A DNA stretch of 64,000 nt from contig OZ024742.1 of assembly GCA_964016885.1 (NCBI GenBank), forward strand, positions 147,932,001 to 147,996,000. Direction: 5' to 3'. Origin of the DNA: Eledone cirrhosa. Taxonomy: Eukaryota. The position numbers and the translations under genes are program-made. Numbering within the stretch: the first letter of the stretch is position 1; every line of letters begins with the position of its first letter. Of this stretch, positions 55,411 to 64,000 are shown piece by piece. Below the pieces are notes generated by a model that was given only the letters and a program-made list of their open reading frames with translations, made no database searches and was not told where the DNA came from.

Positions 55411-56121
55411 GCAATTTTTAATCGAGATATGCGGCAAGCGCTCAATGGACTAAAAGAAGACCAGAGCAACTAACATACTTTATAGAGGCCAAACAAACTG
55501 AAAACGGCGGTCATGAAGCTATCATCCACCGGAGACAAAAAAAAACGAAGCAAGCCCCCCCCCCCCATATATATATATATACATACACACACACACACAC
55601 ACATATATATACGTAGTGTGTCTTTAAAATACCATAGTATTTAAAACATTCAAACATTACTTGAATTAACACTCAATACAGTAGAACAGTGACCGTTTCA
55701 GCTTGATCACTTCATCACCATATGTGTGTGTGTTGTATGTAAGAGTATCTGATTCTGTTAACTAGGTGGCTTTAGTACACACATTATAGGCTCAGTGACA
55801 CTTCCATGTAGACAAATAATTTAAAAAGTGAGCTACGTTTAAAAATGAAATTAACTGTGACTGACCAATATCCACAATAAGCTCTACAAGAATGAACAAT
55901 TCTAATAATCGAATGTGCTCAAAGTCAACATAACAATTACTCATTATACAACTAGTACAAGTACTGTTAAGATACAATGAATTAAAAGAAAAACAAACAG
56001 AACGCACACATAAGGTAGTTTGGTTCTAATACGATAGTTTTATGGTTATGTCGATATAGCAAACATAACAAAAGCTCATTAACACATGATAAAAGAAAAA
56101 CATGCTAACTGTGTGTGTGTG

Positions 56122-56166
<45 letters not shown>

Positions 56167-56705
56167 GGAAAAAAATCTCTAGTCAGGTTTCTCGTGAACA
56201 AGATTCTTTAGAGAAACGGATGTAGTGCTTGCTAAATTGACCCACTTGTCCAGTAATCTCACCCCTCCTTTCTTCTGACTTTAATCTCATCACTGTAGTA
56301 ACGGTAGTATATGATATGAATCATGTACTGCCGTCCATCATATCGATTAAACACCTTTTAAAAGTTCCACTCCTTTGGTGAAATTAGACCTTTATGCATA
56401 AACTAATTCATTAATTAGACATCGCGCGCGCGCATGTGTGTGTCTAAGCGTGTTGTTTAGTCACTTGTCAGTAATGATTAAGCAAATTTATGGTCAAAGG
56501 CATTTCCTCCATAGCCATTCACACAGAGATAGAGCACGAGCAAGATGGTTGGATAGCATCCATGAGCTCTTTTAGCATATCGAGCAACTGAATACATGGA
56601 GGGTTCTTGTGTGTGTTTCATATGTATTCATTGTATCAACAAAAACAAAAGCGAGATATGTCACACTTTCCGTATTCCGTTTTTCAGTCCTTTGTATATT
56701 GATTT

Positions 56706-59413
56706 CATGTACCATTTCCTATTCAATCTTGTCACTGGTATCAATTCATTCATTATATTTATTATATTTGACTGTTTGATTTTTGTCAACCGAAATTTGT
56801 ATATGCCTAGAGTGTGGTTGTTTAAATATATTTGCTTTACTGCTTTGTAAATATGTTCATGTTTGTACACGAATCTTGGTGTCTCCGACTGAATGTCGGT
56901 AGGGTTTCTTTCTCGCTGTGCGTATATATTATGTATAAATGAGAGTTCTTGATTCTGTGTGCCTGTCTAAAACCCGGAAACTAGCGAATGGACACCCACA
57001 AAATTACATATATATATTCACGAGACAAATAATATTTCCGTATGCATATTGAAAAACTCGACCATTTTGTTTTATCTTTCTCCATTCTGTAGAGAAAGAG
57101 CGAGAGGGGGTGGGAGAGTTAAAATAAAAGAAAAGAGAAATGACGGGAGAGCGAGAGGGGATGGGAGAAAGAAAGAAAGAAAGAAAAGAGAAAAAACATG
57201 AGAGAGATGCGTTCGATAAAATTGAGAGGAAGAAAATGAGATGTAACAGGGAATGGCCGTGCTGATAAAGTGGCTATGGCTGAGTAAACAAACAATTGAA
57301 GCTGGGACAAATGTCTTCCGTTGGTATATATATATATATTTTTTTTTTCACTCACTCTTTAACTTACCCCTTTCTCCATATATACAGTCTGTTCGTTTTT
57401 TATGCGAATTCGCTTTAACGCCCCTTGGAAAAATATTATTAAATATTCACTTTGCGCGAGTAACGCGCTATAACGCGTGTGGTTTTTATTTTTTATTTTT
57501 TTCTGTTTATCAGAAATATGCGACTTGAATTACGCGAATTTGCTTTACGCGCAGAGTTCACGAATGCATCTTCGCGTAAAAAGCGAACACATTGTCTGTG
57601 TGCGTGTGTTTGTGTGCGTATGTGTGCGCGTGCATGTGTGTGTGTGTGTCCGCGTTCTTTACTTCTATCTCTCTCGCTTAAGTTAAATAAAGCAGACGAT
57701 GTTTATTTTATTACAATCAGCGTTATGAGTTAGAAACACCGATCATCTCTTCATTTAAACTACTGGCAAAATCATAGTTTTTGTTTATTATTTATCAAGT
57801 AAATTACACTTCATAATGTTGGCTATTAAAAACTATAGATATATTTTGTTTTATCTTTTAGTGTGCGGGGGTTTTTTGTCCGGTTGGGGGTTTGCCAATT
57901 TATATGTGGGTTACAGGTATATACTTGTGCATGTAGAGTATATGATACACTTATAAATGACAGAACCAGCGATGGAAATGGCGGTGCACGCAGAGAGACG
58001 ACGTTTCTTTATTTTTCAGTGTCTTAAGTTTAGGACCTACTGCTATGATATATTAGTAATAATCTGATTCATTCAATGGATCATACGAGGAAAATAATAA
58101 AGCTCAAGTGTTGTGGGTTCAATTCTTGAACTGGGTGGCGCATTGTGTTCTTGAGCAAAACACTTCATTTCACATTACATCAATCCACTTAGTTGAAGAT
58201 GAGTACCAACTGTAGCTAGGGGGTCAACCCTTCGATGGACTGGCCTCCTGTCCAGAGAGTTTCATATTCCCAGCCGCTTAACGCCAATGAACCAGGATGA
58301 GCAGCCTGACGAGCATCCGGGCTTTGGACAGGACAGGTATTTTTAACTGTATGAGGAGTTTATAGAAAAAAGAACTAGAAGTACAAACCTATAACTTAGT
58401 ATCCAATAAAAATAAAGTAAGTTTGCCCATTTGCCATTGTCATTTAATTTGCTTATTGTGATTTGTAGAAAATGAAAAGCTGTATAATACTAGCATCAGT
58501 TTAGTTTCAGTGATAGAAAGGGATTCGAGGTGCCTGGATGTTTAGGATTCTAGGCTAGCTCTATAATGTGCGACTCATTCTACCAAATGAAATAATTTCA
58601 ACTACCAAATGCTCCTCTGTGGGATCTGCGCCCTAGGTGACAACCTAGTTGGCCATAATAGTAGCGACAGCCCTGGATGCGCTAAGGTTCGTGGGAACGA
58701 GGTTGAGTAGAGCCACCACCACCACCATCATCCTGGAAACTGGAAACTGAAATGTAAGGGAACGCCATCCCCCTGCCACTGATGCCCTCGTTTCCATCAC
58801 CGATAGTAAGAAAACATTTACTGCTTGTGCTATATTCTTGTTACTAGGTTAGTGTGGCACTACATATGTGTATACACAAGCACATGTGATTGTGTAAGTT
58901 TTTTTTTTTTTAATCCACCAGTTTGAGGAAAGAGAGAGAAAGAGAGTGTGTGTGTGTGTGTGCGCGCACGCAGACCTGCCAACCTCTAAAACCCAAACGG
59001 GGAGTACCATGAAAAAGAGTGCCCCCAAACGGGGAGAAATGAGGCAAAATGAGGAGATTTTTACATAATTGTGTCTACTTTTGGCACAAGGCCAGCAATT
59101 ACCCAGTACATTACTGGTACTTTATTTTATCGACTCCATAAGGATGAAAGGTAAAGTTAACCTGGGCGGGATGTGAACTCAGTCCGTAAAGGGACTGCTT
59201 TTCAGCATAGTTATGTTGCAAAGCATAGCGTCCGACCCTCTACCGATACTGCCAATTACATAATGAAAGCTATACCCATTTTCACAAAAGAAGACGTCTT
59301 CATCCACCCCAACGTGGGTGGGAGATCCCCCCGGTGGTGCGTATGTGTGTGTGACACATGATGATTTTTCCTCACCGCGTTTATATTAATTCTCATAAAT
59401 TTTGAATCTGAAT
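56706..59413. repeat. Left arm of a large inverted duplication (partner 61302-64000, running off the window)
   Basis: Colinear reverse-complement match over 2.7 kb wherever checked, with scattered substitutions and small indels. Confidence 0.95.
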
Positions 59414-59496
59414 AATAGCTTTCACCTGGTCCAGGAATCGAACTCACAACCTTACGATTGCGAATCCAATTTTCTAACCACTCAGCCACACGCCTT

Positions 59497-59530
<34 letters not shown>

Positions 59531-59569
59531 TGTATGCATGCATGCATGCATGCATGTATGTATGTATGT

Positions 59570-60580
59570 TTTCTCTTTCTCTTAATTTCGAGTATATTTT
59601 TTTTGACCGGTCACCTTCCTGGTGGCAAGGTTGTAAAAGAAAAGAAATTGTCATCCCTTGAATCGCAAGAATGTTTTGCAAATTTTGAAGGTGCCAGCTA
59701 TCGCAGCCATTTGTAGACTATGAATTAGGGAGCTGCGCTTTTTGTCCGCAAATCCAAGTTCAGTCAAACTTTGGTCCAAGCGGGTTGGTATATAACCCGT
59801 AGCACCAATAATGATGGGTATGAAGCTAAAGGTGTATCTTGGATACTGGATTTGTAAACTCCTCATCAATGGTCCGTAGATGTCCTCCTTCTCCTGTATT
59901 TTTCTGACAACGTTTACTTCAAGTGGGCAGCTGATCTCCACAACGGAACACGTTTTCAATGTGTGGTCCCAAACTACAATATCAGGCCGGTTGTGCTTTA
60001 ATTTGGTGGCAGTTTTTATTTTCAGGTTCCACCAGTATTCCTTCGTGCCATCTGTCTCAATATATTCTTCCTCGTTTGTTGTTAATTTTGTTTTCCGAAG
60101 TGCGTTCCAGATGGTTCTAGCTATCCCATCGTGTCTCATGGGGGGGGGGGGGGGGGGTAGTAGCGAGATGACATTCTTTCGCAGCTGGCAACAATGTGGC
60201 TTACATCCTCGATCTTTGTTTTACATAGCCTACATTTATTGTCAGCTGCTGGCCCTCCTCTTTTGTGCAGCAGATATTTGGTAGGGAGTTCTTGTTCCTG
60301 TATTGCATAGAGATATCCCTCAAGGTGTGATGTCATAAACTTGTCGGAACTCCATGCCAGGCTTTTTGAGTCGTTTATCCCCTCTATGGTCTGTGTTTTA
60401 CGCCTCAAGTATCCATGCACAATTTTTTCTGTAAATTGGTCAATTTTTTTATCTTGTTTGAACATTGAATAGGATCTTCCGATTTCTCTGGGTGAGAGAT
60501 TTATATCAGGCTTTATTCCATATCTCTCCTCCAGATCAGTCGCTATTCTAATGATATTTCTTTTTTCATGGTCATAAACC
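59570..60580 (-). mobile_element. 5'-truncated R4-clade (Dong-like) LINE with CCHC knuckle and restriction-like endonuclease
   Basis: EGYLYAIQEQELPT...CRLC....EDVSHIVASC...RHD...HNRPDIVV...VVEISCP...EKEDIY...IPIIIGATG; frame broken at a homopolymer run (about 60140-60157). Confidence 0.88.
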
Positions 60581-61299
60581 TATGTATGTATGTATGTATG
60601 TATGTATGTATGTATGTATGTATGTATGTATGTATGTATGTATGTATGTATGTATGTATGTATGTATGTATGTATGTATGTATGTATGTATGTATGTATG
60701 TATGTATGTATGTATGTATGTATGTATGTATGTATGTATGTATGTATGTATGTATGTATGTATGTATGTATGTATGTATGTATGTATGTATGTATGTATG
60801 TATGTATGTATGTATGTATGTATGTATGTATGTATGTATGTATGTATGTATGTATGTATGTATGTATGTATGTATGTATGTATGTATGTATGTATGTATG
60901 TATGTATGTATGTATGTATGTATGTATGTATGTATGTATGTATGTATGTATGTATGTATGTATGTATGTATGTATGTATGTATGTATGTATGTATGTATG
61001 TATGTATGTATGTATGTATGTATGTATGTATGTATGTATGTATGTATGTATGTATGTATGTATGTATGTATGTATGTATGTATGTATGTATGTATGTATG
61101 TATGTATGTATGTATGTATGTATGTATGTATGTATGTATGTATGTATGTATGTATGTATGTATGTATGTATGTATGTATGTATGTATGTATGTATGTATG
61201 TATGTATGTATGTATGTATGTATGTATGTATGTATGTATGTATGTATGTATGTATGTATGTATGTATGTATGTATGTATGTATGTATGTATGTATGTAT
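60581..61299. repeat. (TATG)n microsatellite, about 180 perfect units
   Basis: Seen directly; a shorter (TATG)n lies at about 59501-59569. Confidence 0.97.
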
Positions 61300-61301
61300 T
61301 C

Positions 61302-64000
61302 ATTCAGATTCACAATTTATGAGAATTAATATAAACGCGGTGAGGAAAAATCATCATGTGTCACACACACATACGCACCACCGGGGGGATCTCCCACCCA
61401 CGTTGGGATGGATGAAGACGTCTTCTTTTGTGAAAATGGGTATAGCTTTCATTATGTAATTGGCAGTATCGGTAGAGGGTCGGACGCTATGCTTTGCAAC
61501 ATAACTATGCTGAAAAGCAGTCCCTTTACGGACTGAGTTCACATCCCGCCCAGGTTAACTTTACCTTTCATCCTTATGGAGTCGATAAAATAAAGTACCA
61601 GTAATGTACTGGGTAATTGCTGGCCTTGTGCCAAAAGTAGACACAATTATGTAAAAATCTCCTCATTTTGCCTCATTTCTCCCCGTTTGGGGGCACTCTT
61701 TTTCATGGTACTCCCCGTTTGGGTTTTAGAGGTTGGCAGGTCTGCGTGCGCGCACACACACACACACTCTCTTTCTCTCTCTTTCCTCAAACTGGTGGAT
61801 TAAAAAAAAAAAAACTTACACAATCACATGTGCTTGTGTATACACATATGTAGTGCCACACTAACCTAGTAACAAGAATATAGCACAAGCAGTAAATGTT
61901 TTCTTACTATCGGTGATGGAAACGAGGGCATCAGTGGCAGGGGGATGGCGTTCCCTTACATTTCAGTTTCCAGTTTCCAGGATGATGGTGGTGGTGGTGG
62001 CTCTACTCAACCTCGTTCCCACGAACCTTAACGTATCCAGGGCTGTCGCTACTATTATGGCCAACTAGGTTGTCACCTTGGGCGCAGATCCCACAGAGGA
62101 GCATTTGGTAGTTGAAATTATTTCATTTGGTAGAATGAGTCGCACATTATAGAGCTAGCCTAGAATCCTAAACATCCAGGCACCTCGAATCCCTTTCTAT
62201 CACTGAAACTAAACTGATGCTAGTATTATACAGCTTTTCATTTTCTACAAATCACAATAAGCAAATTAAATGACGATGGCAAATGGGCAAACTTACTTTA
62301 TTTTTATTGGATACTAAGTTATAGGTTTGTACTTCTAGTTCTTTTTTCTATAAACTCCTCATACAGTTAAAAATACCTGTCCTGTCCAAAGCCCGGATGA
62401 TCGTCAGGCTGCTCATCCTGGTTCATTGGCGTTAAGCGGCTGGGAATATGAAACTCTCTGGACAGGAGGCCAGTCCATCGAAGGGTTGACCCCCAGCTAC
62501 AGTTGGTACTCATCTTCAACTAAGTGGATTGATGTAATGTGAAATGAAGTGTTTTGCTCAAGAACACAATGCGCCACCCAGTTCAAGAATTGAACCCACA
62601 ACACTTGAGCTTTATTATTTTCCTCGTATGATCCATTGAATGAATCAGATTATTACTAATATATCATAGCAGTAGGTCCTAAACTTAAGACACTGAAAAA
62701 TAAAGAAACGTCGTCTCTCTGCGTGCACCGCCATTTCCATCGCTGGTTCTGTCATTTATAAGTGTATCATATACTCTACATGCACAAGTATATACCTGTA
62801 ACCCACATATAAATTGGCAAACCCCCAACCGGACAAAAAAACCCCGCACACTAAAAGATAAAACAAAATATATCTATAGTTTTTAATAGCCAACATTATG
62901 AAGTGTAATTTACTTGATAAATAATAAACAAAAACTATGATTTTGCCAGTAGTTTAAATGAAGAGATGATCGGTGTTTCTAACTCATAAAGCTGATTGTA
63001 ATAAAATAAACATCGTCTGCCTTATTTAACTTAAGCGAGAGAGATAGAAGTAAAGAATGCGGACACACACACACATGCACGCGCACACATACGCACACAC
63101 ACACACATACAATGTGTTCGCTTTTTACGCGAAGATGCATTCGTGAACTCTGCGCGTAAAGCAAATTCGCGTAATTCAAGTCGCATATTTCTGATAAACA
63201 GAAAAAAATAAAAAATAAAAACCGCACGCGTTATAGCGCGTTACTCGCGCAAAGTGAATATTTAATAATATTTTTCCAAGGGGCGTTAAAGTGAATTCGC
63301 ATAAAAAACGAACAGACTGTATATATGGAGAAAGGGGTAAGTTAAAGAGTGAGTGAAAAAAAAAATATATATATATATATACCAACGGAAGACATTTGTC
63401 CCAGCTTCAATTGTTTGTTTACTCAGCCATAGCCACTTTATCAGCACGGCCATTCCCTGTTACATCTCATTTTCTTCCTCTCAATTTTATCGAACGCATC
63501 TCTCTCATGTTTTTTCTCTTTTCTTTCTTTCTTTCTTTCTCCCATCCCCTCTCGCTCTCCCGTCATTTCTCTTTTCTTTTATTTTAACTCTCCCACCCCC
63601 TCTCGCTCTTTCTCCACAGCATGGAGAAAGATAAAACAAAATGGTCGAGTTTTTCAATATGCATACGGAAATATTATTTGTCTCGTGAATATATATATGT
63701 AATTTTGTGGGTGTCCATTCGCTAGTTTCCGAGTTTTAGACAGGCACACAGAATCAAGAACTCTCATTTATACATAATATATACGCACAGCGAGAAAGAA
63801 ACCCTACCGACATTCAATCGGAGACACCAAGATTCGTGTACAAACATGAACATATTTACAAAGCAGTAAAGCAAATATATTTAAACAACCACACTCTAGG
63901 CATATACAAATTTCGGTTGACAAAAATCAAACAGTCAAATATAATAAATATAATGAATGAATTGATACCAGTGACAAGATTGAATAGGAAATGGTACATG
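61302..64000. repeat. Right arm of the large inverted duplication
   Basis: Reverse complement of 56706-59413. Confidence 0.95.

Noticed and set aside
55792-55812. TWKCH peptide resembling the start of a Rassf first exon
   Set aside because: Followed at once by a stop, with no in-frame Met nearby, no PVYF and no donor site.
60543-61459. Long ORFs of YIHT and MYVC repeats
   Set aside because: Translations of the stop-free (TATG)n microsatellite.

Overview
AT-rich, repeat-dense eukaryotic DNA. The SINE, RTE and microsatellite make-up suggests a coleoid cephalopod such as Octopus (inference, not tested). The only host gene I can support is on the minus strand. Two exons with canonical splice sites (25248-25342 and 4422-4582, about 20.7 kb apart) splice in frame to most of a LIM domain that resembles the N-terminus of invertebrate LIM-RA-SARAH RASSF proteins; its first and later exons were not found. 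The rest is intronic or intergenic and full of transposons: CR1, RTE, L1/Tx1 and R4/Dong LINE fragments, many tRNA-derived SINEs, Helitrons (one with a PIF1 helicase remnant), piggyBac-, hAT- and Tigger-type MITEs, and a young non-coding LTR element. Most notable: (1) three type-I hammerhead ribozyme-like motifs in a 0.9 kb inverted-repeat cassette at 54450-55363, probably Penelope-derived; (2) an R4-clade LINE with (TATG)n on both sides, suggesting (ACAT)n targeting; (3) a near-identical inverted duplication of at least 2.7 kb around that LINE; (4) a hAT element swollen to 5.2 kb by nested Helitrons and carrying an array of NRF1-like motifs. All alignments and folds were done by eye, and repeat boundaries are approximate.
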